DNA of 64,000 bases from Camelus dromedarius (lineage: Eukaryota), in contig NC_087437.1 of the NCBI RefSeq assembly GCF_036321535.1, positions 103,976,001 to 104,040,000 of the forward strand, in the 5' to 3' direction. The position numbers were made by a program, and so were the translations under genes. Below the pieces are notes generated by a model. That model was given only the letters and a program-made list of their open reading frames with translations, was not told the origin of the DNA and ran no database searches. Shown one piece after another: positions 1 through 11,526 of this stretch (the first letter of the stretch is position 1; every line of letters starts with the position of its first letter).

Positions 1-723
1 AAACAATTTTAGTCTAAATGTCTATAGTTTAACACAATTATTATCTCATTACACAGGATGTTTATTTTATGTAGTGTAGAGTTCAACTCATATTTTAAAA
101 ATGAAACATAAATTACAACTTCAGTAGTAAAAATGTACACTAAATTAAAAGGAATTAAATCTTTGAATAAGTGAAAGCTAATTTGATAAAGGCCTTTAAG
201 ATACTAGCTGCTAAAGTAACTACAATAATCAAAATAACTAAAATAACTAGCCTCATCACAGAATCAAAAGTCAGTTCAGAAAGCACTATGAATGATGCAC
301 ATTAAAATATCAGCATGTTCACTACAATCACCAATGAATCATTTGATGTATTTATTGTCTTTAAGAAAAAAATCCTTAATTTAGTTGAGACACTAAATTA
401 TGAACATACTGAACAGAAATATGAACATGCATGGTATTATAGTTTTTCTTATACTCAGGAGCATTGCTGTAATTTGTGGCATAATTAAAATGATTTTACA
501 AGCAGTCAGTCATTAAGTTCTTTTAATTTTCCATCTCAAATGAAAGAGAAAAAAGCTCTGTAGCAGATTATTGTGTGACTACCCAAATAGTTTAAATCTT
601 CAAAACTGAGATTTTTGGCATGAACAGTCTTTGAAAGTTAACACAATAATTAAATTATGTCCTCCTGGACCTGCTTACACTTTATTGAATAAAAAACTAT
701 CTTATTTCAAAAATATGACTGGT

Positions 724-1131
724 GTTCTGGATTAAATTGTGTCCCCTCCTAAGAAAAGTGTCCCAGATTGCGACCTAGAGGGTCATGAAGTGTAATTAGT
801 TAAGTTCAGATGAGGACATACTGGAATAGGGCCCCTACTCCAGTATTACTGATGTCCTTATAAGATGGTGACATTGGAAGAGACACAGGGAAGACTCTCT
901 ATGATAATAAAGAGATTAATGTTGGCAGCTGCAAGCCAAGAAATATCAAAGATTTCCAGCAAACCACCAGAAACTATTGAGAGGCAAGAAATGATTCCTC
1001 TTCAAGGTTCAGAGGGAAAATGGCCCTAATGACACCTTGATTCTAGAGTACTAACGTCCAAAATTGTGAAACAATATTTTTTTCATTCTTTTCAGCCACC
1101 CACTTGGTTACTGAGGCCCTAGAAAACTAAT
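724..1131 (+). mobile_element. MaLR solo LTR, MLT1C/MLT1B-like
   Basis: Starts TGTTCTGGATTAAATTGTGTCCC; internal GATGAGG..CATACTGGA, GTCCTTATAAGA, GCAGCTGCAAGCCAAG, GACACCTTGATT; ends GCCCTAGAAAACTAAT. These match the recalled MLT1 consensus. Confidence 0.85.
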
Positions 1132-1559
1132 TTAACTGACATTTAGCATTTTCAGCCTACAGAGAGACTATGAAATTTGAAGAAGAAAGATAATTTCAAA
1201 TTCTTATCAGTAATAGATATATAAAAGTCACAGGAATAAAAATATTCATCTGGATGGTTTTATATGTGTGTCTGTCAGCTTAAATACATTTACTTGCTGT
1301 TTTCCTTGGATGGACATCCAAGCTAGGTATCAACCCAATGAATATCTCATGCATTTAGACCCTTCACTCTTACATAACTACTTAATAAAATTGAAAGTGA
1401 ATTATATTGCTATAGAAGTGGTTGGTAATTCTTGTACAGAGGTGCTCATCCCCATCCTTTGTAATGAAGCTGGCATTGCTACTGTAGAGTATAAGGTGTC
1501 TATTCTTGTCTTTCCGATCTAGCCTTGCGCATGTGCTTTTTCAGTGACATTTAGCTTCA

Positions 1560-2028
1560 AAAGTCCTTAGTTCATATCTCTACTCCAGATCTCTCTCCTG
1601 AAGACAAGACCTATAAAATCAGTTATCTAACTGATATCTTTACTTGGATGTCTAACTGATGCCTCGAAGTCTCTTAGACCTCTTGCAGACCACATGACCA
1701 AAACTCCAGATCTCCATGCTAACTTGACACCTCCTCACTGCATCACGGTAGGTCATGGCACCTACCGCTCAGGTCATGAGGGCATAAAGGAGTTCTCCTT
1801 TACTTCTCCTATTTTCTAACTTCAAGTGTTCACATTATTCAATCTATCAAAAAATACTATTGGCTCAATCTGAAAATAGTATCCCAAATCCATTTGTTTC
1901 TGCCACTAGTACAACCACCAATACTTCCACATGGAATACAACAGTTCTTCTAGTTGGTCTCTCTACTTCTTCATTTGCCCCATGTTTATTCTGAATATAT
2001 CTAGAGTGAGCCTTTAAAAATGTAAGGT
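1560..2028 (+). mobile_element. LINE-2 (L2) 3' region, first half
   Basis: CATATCTCTACTCCAGATCTCTCTCCTGAA...TACTTGGATGTCTAA and ...TCTAGAGTGAGCCTTTAAAAATGTAAG are typical L2 3' segments. Confidence 0.75.
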
Positions 2029-2029
2029 A

Positions 2030-2990
2030 GGGACCTTCCAGTCTAGGGAAGACAGCATACACTCATCTTTCTTTGCTTGTCCCCATTAAGTAAAAATATA
2101 AACCCTGGAAATAATCCATGAGAAAAGCAAAGCAGAACTCGGAAAGTTAGGGGAAAAGGTAGAAGAGTTAGAAACCCCAGGAATGGAAGAAGGACACTTT
2201 ACAGCCAGAGGCCCAGCATTTCCTGACTACCCCCCTGCCCGTGTAGGTTCATCCCTCTCAAATAAAAATTGATTTTATGCAATTATTCTTTCAGAAAGTA
2301 AACAAACAGGAGGTACTTTCCAGGGTATTTCATGAGGCCAATGTTATCCTGATATCACAGGGAAGGAGAGCCTTTCAAAGATGGTGCCAGAGCAACTGAA
2401 CATCCAAAGATTTTAAAAAACAAAACAAAAAACAAAACAAAACACAAACCGACTTAAACTTCTTATCTCATATAAAAGTTAACTCAAAATATATCACTTC
2501 AAAATGGACTGAAACGTAAAAATGTAGAAGTTTAAGAAAAAATAAAGGAGAAAAATCTTTGAGATACAGGTCTATGTGAAGTGTTCTCAGATTTGATATC
2601 AAGAAGCTATACATAAAAATGAAAAAAAGCTGGTAAATTAGGCATTATTCAAATTCAAAAATACTTGCTCTGCAAAAGACTCTGTGCAAAGGATGAAAAG
2701 AAAAGCTAAGACTGAGAGGAATTATTTGCAAAATTCTATCCAACAAAGGACTAGCAACAAGAATGGATAAAGAATTCTCAAAACTCAAGGAAACACTGCT
2801 ATTATTAATGGGCCAAAGAAATGAACACTTATTTCACTGTAGAGAATATACAGGTAGCTAATGAGATATTAAAATATTCTAACATCACTAGTTTTAGGGG
2901 AATGCAAATTAAAACCAAAATGAGGCTATCTTAATGGCTAAATAAAAAATAGTGTGAACACCAAATACTGGTCAGGTTATGGAAGAAATT
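2030..2990 (+). mobile_element. Old L1M (L1MC/L1MD-type) remnant: 5'-end piece fused to ORF2 fragments
   Basis: L1M 5'-end-like CCCCATTAAGTAAAAATATAAACCCTGGA, followed by ORF2-derived TTCATGAGGCCAATGTTATCCTGATA, AACTCAAAATATATCA, GGGAATGCAAATTAAAACC, AACACCAAATACTGG. Confidence 0.75.
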
Positions 2991-3178
2991 TCTAGGTACC
3001 AGGTGCATTAGTTTTCTTTGAGTCTCCTGAGTACGTCACGTTTGTGCAGAGACGTACTTTTGCATCCCATTGGACACTGGCCACTCCAGAGGTTGAACTG
3101 TCCTGGACCCCCTTGTAGTTTAGTCTAGGCCTTGTTACCATCACTCGAGGCTGCCTTTCCAGGCTTTCGTAAAGATAG

Positions 3179-3454
3179 GCTCAGTATCCGTGGAGGACTG
3201 GTTCCAGGGATGCTCAAGCCTCTCATATGTGCAGTACTTGCACATAACCTATGCACCTCCTCCCATGTACTTTAAGTCATCTCTAGATTACCTATAATAC
3301 CCAATGCAATGTAATGCTATGTAAATCATTGCCAGGCCATGGCCAATTCAAGTTTTGCTTTTTGGAACTTTCCAGAAATTTTGCCCCATGTATTTCTGAT
3401 CTGCAGTTGGTTGAATCATCAGACGCAGAACCTATGGACACAAAGGGCCGACTG
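3179..3454 (+). mobile_element. MER2-like non-autonomous Tigger (TcMar) element
   Basis: CTCAGTATCCGTGGAGGACTGGTTCCAGG...CATAACCTATGCAC...TCATCTCTAGATTAC...TTGGTTGAATC...GGGCCGACTG; the right terminal repeat is intact and the left one is clipped. Confidence 0.85.
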
Positions 3455-3935
3455 TGTTTGTCTGATGTCCTTTACAGTCTCCCTGTGTGCTCCTCTGTTC
3501 TTCATAAAGATAAATGTAGAATTCCCAGAAAATGACTCTGAGATTCTGTTTAGGTAATCATCACTCAGAAAGCTAAGAACTACTTTGCACATCCCAGGAC
3601 CTCTTCCTCTGCACGTAATTTGAGAGTCTACTCCTCTCACTTATCATGACTTGTCTGCTACTCTTACTTCATTTTGGGTCTTTGCTCAAAACTCTTGGTC
3701 AAAAAGGCCCTCACTTACTAACTCTTACAGAACATGGTTTAGTCAGTCTTATCACACCTTGAATTTTCTTTCACAGCACTTATCAAATACATACATTTAT
3801 TTGTATAGTGAGTTTTACAAATATGTGTCTTCTCACAAGAATGCACACTTCATAAAACATCACTAATTCCTCATTGACTCCCTTTTCCCAATAGTACCAA
3901 ATAGATGGTGAGATAGGCACTTAAGAGACACTGTT
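3455..3935 (+). mobile_element. L2 3' end, continuation of the 1560-2028 element
   Basis: Degenerate L2 tail (CCCAGGACCT.., TCTTTGCTCAAA.., TTTCTTTCACAGCACTTATCA, ATAGGCACTTAA) resuming where the 1560-2028 piece stops. Confidence 0.6.
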
Positions 3936-4327
3936 TCACCACCACTTTATATATGATGTAGTAAACAGTGCCATCTGCACATGAGAAGTTTAAGTGTGAA
4001 AGAGAAATAGGAAAACGTCTTGATGCAGAACCACTAAAACAAAAACAAACAAAAAACCCCCAAAACCCAAACTTTGTTGACTTAAGGGAAAGAAAAAACA
4101 CTGACATTCCTGCTAAAGGAAAACCATTGATTTAGATTAAAAAATAAATAAGATAGTGTATATTTTTTCTTGCACAGTCATCAACGACAGAGGAAGAAGA
4201 TTTATGCAGGTGGTTTGGTTGACTGAACAACCATTGGTAGGCAGTAAAAATCTAAAAATTTCAGGATTGTGGAAAACTAGTTCAAGCAATATTCTGAATT
4301 TTCTGGTAATATTAGGGAAGTTAAATA

Positions 4328-4634
4328 CAGGCATATCGAGTAGATATTGTGGGTTTAACTCCAGACCTCCAAAATAAAGTGAATATTGAAATAAAGTGAA
4401 TCACAAATTTTTTTGGATTTCCAGTGCACATGAAAGTTTTTGTACTATATTGTGGTCTATTAAGCATGAAACAGCATTATGTCTAAAAAAACAATATACA
4501 TACTTTAAAAAATGCTGTTGGAAAATGGCACCAACAGACTTGCTCGAGGAATGGTTGTTACAAACCTTCAATTTGTTAAAAAACACAAGTGCAAAGAGCA
4601 ATAAAATGAAGCACAATCAAATGAGGTCTGCATC
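4328..4634 (-). mobile_element. Internally deleted Tigger1 derivative (~305 bp)
   Basis: TA|CAGGCATA..GATATTGTGGGTT..CCAGACC..AATAAAG (one Tigger1 end) joined directly to TGCTGTTGGAAAATGGCACCAACAGACTTGCTCGA..ACAAACCTTCAATTTG..ATGAGGT (the other end). Confidence 0.85.
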
Positions 4635-5064
4635 GACTACAGAGTGAAATGACTATGGTATCAAATATGAAAAAGAGAGAGAATAAGGGGGTGATAAGGC
4701 TTAATACTGCTATAGAAACTACAATAATTAAACATAACATTTCATAGTGGTTTTATTCAAATACACAAACTCAAAAATCATACACAGAACAACAGACTTG
4801 ACTACAGAAAGAAGAAGAGAATTGCTGAATGGACATTAAAAAAAAACAAAAAAACAACTGTAGGTGTTTTCACCGGAAATACAAAAGCGCTTGGTATGGA
4901 AGAGCATTGGTCCTATATTTTTTGAAATAAATATATACTGATAAGATGTCGTATTTTTCAGTATTCACAATGCCATACATTTAAATTTCTACTACTGTGA
5001 TAATGAAAAAATGAATCAGGAAGCTGCTATTCATAGAAATTAAAATTTTAAGTTTTAAAGCTCC

Positions 5065-5190
5065 ACAGGTTTCCATAGATGCTGGAATCCTCCCTTCCCC
5101 AGTACATAGATTTGGAAACGGAGATTCAGGAAACATGCGACCATCCTAGGTTGCAAAACATCCTGTGCCAAGGCCAGTGTTCTTCAATTA
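5065..5190 (-). mobile_element. MIR fragment
   Basis: Degenerate core ..CATAGATTTGGAAACGGAGATTCAGG..CCTAGGTTGCA.. Confidence 0.45.
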
Positions 5191-7129
5191 CATCTTTTCT
5201 ATTTATTACACAAGTAAACCAAGTAACTTAGTGATTACATCTGGTTTATCTTCAAAAGCACTCCACTTAAGAAACAGGAGTCAAATCTCAGTCTGTGTTT
5301 AAATTTATTATCATTCAATATTTGTATATGCAAATAATGAAGACTCAGATGAGTAAGTTTGACATAAAATAATTCAGCATTATTTCATATAAAAATTAAA
5401 ATTTATAAGTAATACAAGTAGGAGATTATGATCAACAAAATACACTTAGGTATTGAAATGCATGCTGTTCTTGAGCAGAGTAATGAATATAGCCATGACG
5501 GTAACAAGGATCTAATGAAAGGAGAAATGAAACACTGAATCCACTGGATCTTCCTCCCACCTGCAGAAATTAAAATGGAGTTCAAACTCATGATCAGTAC
5601 GCCTTGTGCTTCCTAGATGATATTTTGAAAACCATGAGTAATTATGATTCATAATTTTTCTTTTTTATACTAGTATATACTCAGTCATTTAAATGATAAT
5701 CCTATGGGAAAGAAATGAGCCATTAATATTAAACAAAGGAATCTGAATTTGGGAAATGAAAATTAACACATTTACATTGATTTGTTTTCTTTTGCTTAGT
5801 AGAATGCATGAAATCATCAGAATTGTGCTTATTTACATAAACTACAAGTCTAGTTGTACCACTTTAAGTATCAATGGATTCATGATAACTGTCTTAGGAA
5901 ATCCCATCTGTTGTAAAGTATGTGATCTTATTAATTCAGAAAATGTCAATTAGAAATTGTTATAAATAGCAATGTACTAGGAATCAAACATCTGATATTC
6001 TCTGAAAACAAATTGATTAACAGTACAGGCTTAATGGAATTTGTGAAGAAACCTTGTGACTTAGGTAATTATTAATTAACACTGATTACATTAAAACCTA
6101 TAAGGGTAATATGGGGTAGTTTTACACATATAATCAATGAATTCCATCATTCAAATTTACTTCCAGTTGAAGACAAAAGTGCTATGTTAGAATCATTATA
6201 AATAATTAGTATTTAACACTTAATTGAAATGAACAGATTGAAACTCAAATTTTATTTTCAGAAAATAAGTTTATCATAGTTCATTTGGTTGGCTGTTCAC
6301 TCTCCATTTTATTACCAAAACACTTTAAAAAACTTACACTACAAGCAAAAACAAGTAAGACTATCACTCATTTTTTCTAATTTAACACTCACCATCACCA
6401 ATTGCCCAATTGGCTGTAATGAAAATCTGGTTTATGAAAAATACGAACTCAAGAAAAAACAGATGTAAAGTTTAATTCTCCCATTTCCACTATATATACT
6501 TTTCTCACTGAAGGCTTTTGGCAATCTCTCAGTTTCCTTGAATAGGGTTTCCCCTATTCAGCATATGTTTAAGAATGTCCCTCCTAAATTCTCCTAACCA
6601 GTGTCAATGCATATGTCGGGGAGACCCTGCTATAGGAGGTTTATCTGATAGACTCTTGTTAATTTTTCTTGTTTCTAAGAAAGTAGGAGGTGTTTTACCA
6701 GTTAGCTATTATACGGTAGCTACACTTATTTGCAGTAATAGAGCTAAAGAGAGGATAAATGCATTATGATAATAAGCATAATAATCGACACTGGAGTTCT
6801 TGCACTGTGGACAGAGTCCAACACAATCACCCTCAGGTATAAGCAGTCTCATCTCTCGCAAGCTGTACCCTCTAGGCTGTCATCAGACCATACATAAAAT
6901 CTAGGGCCTCTGGAGTTGCAGAACGTCCCATGGTATTATTTCCAGCAGGTTAAGCAATGTTTATTGATACAAACTATATCCAGTACAACTATAGCTTCAA
7001 CCATGGCAATTAAATCTAAGAGGTATCACCACAAAACTTGAGAAAATTGGGAAAACACAAGAAATAAACAGACTCAACAGACAGAGCTTCCAGTCCAGAC
7101 AAGAGACAAACTTCATACGCATCTTCCCC

Positions 7130-7235
7130 TACTGCTTAGATTTTCAGGGTCTTAGGTTTTTCATCTGTACAATGAAGATAACGTGTCTGATAATTTCCAA
7201 GATCTTTTCAAATAAAAGTCACATATTCTATGCTT
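7130..7235 (+). mobile_element. MIR/MIR3 fragment
   Basis: GTTTTTCATCTGTACAATGAAGATAA core, followed by TTCCAAGATCTTTTCA..ATTCTATG tail. Confidence 0.55.
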
Positions 7236-9054
7236 TAAGGTCGTGGCTTTTAGACCCATTATTTATCATGCCATACAGTGGTATTTTTCAATGTAAGTGA
7301 TACAGCTATCCAGTTGAAATTTTCCAAATTGAAAACCAACTCTATTCTCTGGAAAATATAGCCGAGTGAAAACTTGAGTATTTCGCATTAGACAATAAAT
7401 ATTTAAGGCTTGATAACATATTGCCTGTGTTTGCACCTGTAACATACACACACAACACTTCCAGCATTAGTTTAAGCACCTGTACATATTCCCAATTTTA
7501 ACACTCTTACAATCCTGATCTCTAGTGGTATTTCTCAAGAAACATGCATCTTATTTTTATTTTTCATTGAGTTACAAGTCAAATCACATTTTGCAAAAAG
7601 TTAGGGGAACGCTGGAAGAATTTTTTGCTTGATGATTATAGCTCATGTATTTCGCTGACATCTGAAATAGACTAACAGGCTGCCATGTAGAGAGGACTGT
7701 TACTGATTTTGCAAAGGTTGGAACAGAAGAGGCTGTTCTCTTTTCTGTAACAAGCACTACCTGCCTATATTGATTACTTACTTTTCAATGTTATAGTAAA
7801 TTGCTATTGTGGAAACATAATGATGCCGAACATTTGTAGCCCAGATGATAGGGTAATGTTTAAGCCCTGTGTGCCCTGTTCTTTGTAGATTCACTAATAA
7901 TGTCTTTAATCATTTCTGTTCAAAATATCATGGATTCTGAAGCAGAAACCAGGCTAATGATACAATATATGGAGCATAAGATTTAATAATTTTGAAATAA
8001 ATCACATCATTTATAGTTTTCCATTCTTCAGTGTACCAAATTTTTTTCCTAACACTATTCCTAATAAACCTAAAATAAATTCACAGAAACTTTCACTTTA
8101 TTCCTGCTCTTTTGTTCATCAACCACAGTTGGCCAGGGTAATTGTTTATATGTTGTAACACAAATTATGTGTTCAAATAATATTTTCCTATCAAAATAAT
8201 TAAAACATTTCAAAAATAAGCACATTTTAAAGATCTTTCGACTACACGTATTAGAATGAGGTGCCACTGAAATAAGCTGAATATAGGGGATATAGAAAAT
8301 TATGACAGATTCTGCATCCTATTGTAACTACATTTTTACAAACTGTTTCTCCTTCAAAAAGACACTAGTATTCTAGTATTTAATCTATTATATGGATTGG
8401 GTTGGTTCAAATAAAAGTGATTATTGAGGATAAAAGCCATCCTATTATATTCTGCTTCTAGATAGGAAATGCAACTAAGATGAACTTGAGTAAAACAGAG
8501 AATATTTAATAAAACAAAATCCATAAACTTATTGAAAGTGAATTTGAACAATGAAAATACGGTATAAAATAATTTACAGTTTATAATTTGCATATTTTAA
8601 TTTTTACATTTATATCAAAGTATGCTCATTTTTTATCTAGGAAGAGTAGCCACTGAAATTAGGTATTTTTTTCATTGTTAATTTTATGTTTATTTTCCAT
8701 TGAATGAAGCCAATTAGAACCAAAATCATGACTATAATTTTGCTATCATCATTTCCTTGGAAACTAAAATAAGCAGGTCTAATTATGTTAACCTGGCACC
8801 ACCATCACCACCACCAAAAAACCCCACATTTTCTGAATCAGATTTTTGTCATCAGTCTTACATTTATTCTTTCAAAGTATTTAATTACTAAATATATTTC
8901 ATATACTAGGGAATGGGCTAGGTGTATGACAGTAATGAGAACATTAGACTATGTGCATTTCAGAGGACAAATTCCCTAACAGAAATAGCAAGGGAAGGAT
9001 CTATAGGGACAAACCAAAAGGATCAACAGGGATTCATTTAATTAAGTTTGCCTA

Positions 9055-9082
9055 GAGAATTCAGACGAGAATTCAGACGAGA
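9055..9082. repeat. 12-bp tandem duplication (GAGAATTCAGAC)x2
   Basis: gagaattcagac gagaattcagac gaga, read directly. Confidence 0.9.
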
Positions 9083-9559
9083 CTTCCAAGATGAGGTATT
9101 TCTTAAGTTGACACCCACTATGGTTTTTCATTTATCCATGATTTGATTTTCTAATCTAGGTTAAGTGTTTGATCTCTTCAAAGTCATACAGAGTAATTTT
9201 AAACGGATTGCTTTTGTGCAAAGACTTCCTAAAACATCAATAAAAAGTTACACATGTATAATCTTTTAATGTATTTCTTAATGTCTATTCAAAAATTGTG
9301 TATGATATTAGAATATATAAAAGTAAGTATAAATATTGAACATATGATACACACAGAAGTATTCTTAAAAATACACATGAGTTACTGTTTCAATTTTACA
9401 CTTTGTGTTATTTGTCAAGTTTTTCTTCTGACACCTTGGTTTACTTGATAATCAGGAATGTCTACAAATATGGAAAATTATTCAACTTACTTTTATAAGT
9501 CCTTTAACAGCATTTGCATTTTTCACTATGAGACCATGTTGACATTATATACTATTGAT

Positions 9560-9678
9560 TTTTTAAATAAATTTTGGTTTTTTAGAGCAGTTTGAGGTTC
9601 ACAGTGTAACTGAGCAGAAAGTTCAGAGTTCTCATAAACTCCTTTCCTCACACATACACATCCTCCTCCACCACCTAT
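9560..9678 (-). mobile_element. L1MC-type 3'-end fragment
   Basis: TTTTAGAGCAGTTTGAGGTTCACAG..TGAGCAGAAAG..CAGAG matches the reverse of L1MC 3' termini. Confidence 0.75.
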
Positions 9679-10437
9679 TGATTTCATCACTTTATAAAAT
9701 ACTCAATGCCTTAAATATTAATTTTTTGAAAACGAGACTTTCCTCTATGATTTCAGAGAAATGTGTATCAAATTAGAATTCTAATACTAAACAATGCTTA
9801 TTATACTATATATGAATAAAATTTGCAAAGTCTGGTGATTATTTACAGCCAAGGTGAATGTACTTAATTAAAATTCATTTCAACAGCATTAGCTAGATAA
9901 AATATAAAAATACATGTACCATTAGTTACAATTTTCCACGAAAGACTACCTGCATGTATATCCATAATTTGATTGTTTTGCCATTATTTTTTACTGTATT
10001 TATCTTTTCATACTCATTTGTCTATTTCTTGAGATTCGAAATCTATAAATCTCTAGTCTTCTTAATATTGCTAAGAACCAATCAAAATTTATTTCTCAGA
10101 GGATTTTATTTATACATGAGGTAAATGATAAATGAATTTTTTTACTACTCACAAAGCATTCTCTACCAAATCTGTGCTCTTTGCTCAACACCTATACAAC
10201 ACCTTATAGCTAATTTTGAAATTGAGGATTTATAAAAATCTACAAAATTTTCAAGTACAATTCATTTCATTAAGAGGTCATCTTTATATTTAACATTGTT
10301 TTAATTGATATTCCTCCCAACATTTTTTTTTAAAAGACTCAAGATTTCATCCCTTGAAAAACACTGAATTTAAGCTTACTATGCTTTATTGTTTATCACC
10401 TTCACGTATCTGTAGTCGTAATATCTACTACCTCAGT

Positions 10438-10610
10438 TCCCATTCACACCTCAGCCCACTGCAATCTCATTCCACTTGCAATGTGCCACTGAAGTAGCTC
10501 TCACTAAGGTCACTAATGCCAGATTTCCAATATTGAATTTTAAGCAGGTGCTCCACGGAGAGCATAACTTTCCATCTTCAATTATCTCTTTCTTCAGTTT
10601 TCATGTCAAT
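10438..10610 (+). mobile_element. L2 ORF2 fragment
   Basis: CCCACTGCAATCT...CCACTGAAGTAGCTCTCACTAAGGTCACTAATG resembles the L2 reverse-transcriptase segment (TETALxKVTND). Confidence 0.65.
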
Positions 10611-11097
10611 GAAAACAACTCTTGTTGAAAGGGATTTTTAAGGCTACAGTATAATATATATGAATCCAATCTAACTAAACATATATTTGTCTTATGTCAT
10701 CACAGAATCAGGGGGAACTCTATCTACTGCCTGATTTTTCTTTTTAATTTTACTGAAGTACTGCTTGATTTTAAGAGGAAACCCTATATAAATATGTGTT
10801 ACATAAGCCTCAGCCCTTGATTACTCTGTTAACAACCTTCCAATTTTGCTCTTTTTATGCATCAAGATAATCAACAGTTGAGAGTCAGTAAGGATTTTGT
10901 GTCTACATTTTAATGGTGTTGGCAAAGGGTGAACAAAACTATTTCTCTTCTGCAACACAATTTTATCTTCAGTTAGATTCCCTAGCTTTATTTCCCTAGA
11001 AAGAAGGATGCTGTTTGTCAGCTAAGTAACTAAGCAACACTGCTTACAGTAAAATGATCCCTTAATTGAAGGCTGACTAAAACTGGGGGACAATACC

Positions 11098-11526
11098 TGA
11101 TAGGAAGCCCTGCTGTGTGGTTCTCCTGAGTTTGGAGACTTTCATAGTATAGCATGTACCTTGTAAGTTCCATGAAATGTCTTTCTGTGGAGCTGGTACA
11201 AAAGATGATGGCTCCTGTGGAAAGTAAGCTTTTAATCAAGGGTGGTTTCCATACCTATAGGTTGTTTATTTTGTCTCCTTTACACCTGAGCTGTTACCTG
11301 GGTAGAGAGCTCACCAGGGCTTTATGGGTTTATAAAAACTGCTGCAAGACTCCCACTGACAGGAACACCCACTGTGGCCCTGCTGTTAAGCCGAGGTTCC
11401 TACATCCCTCTGGGTAGACTTCTGCCAAATATAACCTTGTATGGTCCTGCGAACCTGAAGGTTTGGTTGAGCTTAAGAAGCACCTCTTCTTTGTGGGCAA
11501 TACATATGGTACCCAGATATCTAACA
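11098..11526 (+). mobile_element. Probable ancient solo LTR, family unassigned
   Basis: GC-elevated ~430-bp block bounded by TG...CA, with TTTATAAAAA near 11330 and a degenerate polyA-signal-like AAATATAA near 11428. No clear TSD. Confidence 0.4.

Noticed and set aside
8785..8979. ORF with an apparent His6 tag (WHHHHHHQ)
   Set aside because: A chance (CAC/CAT)n low-complexity run; no vector context.
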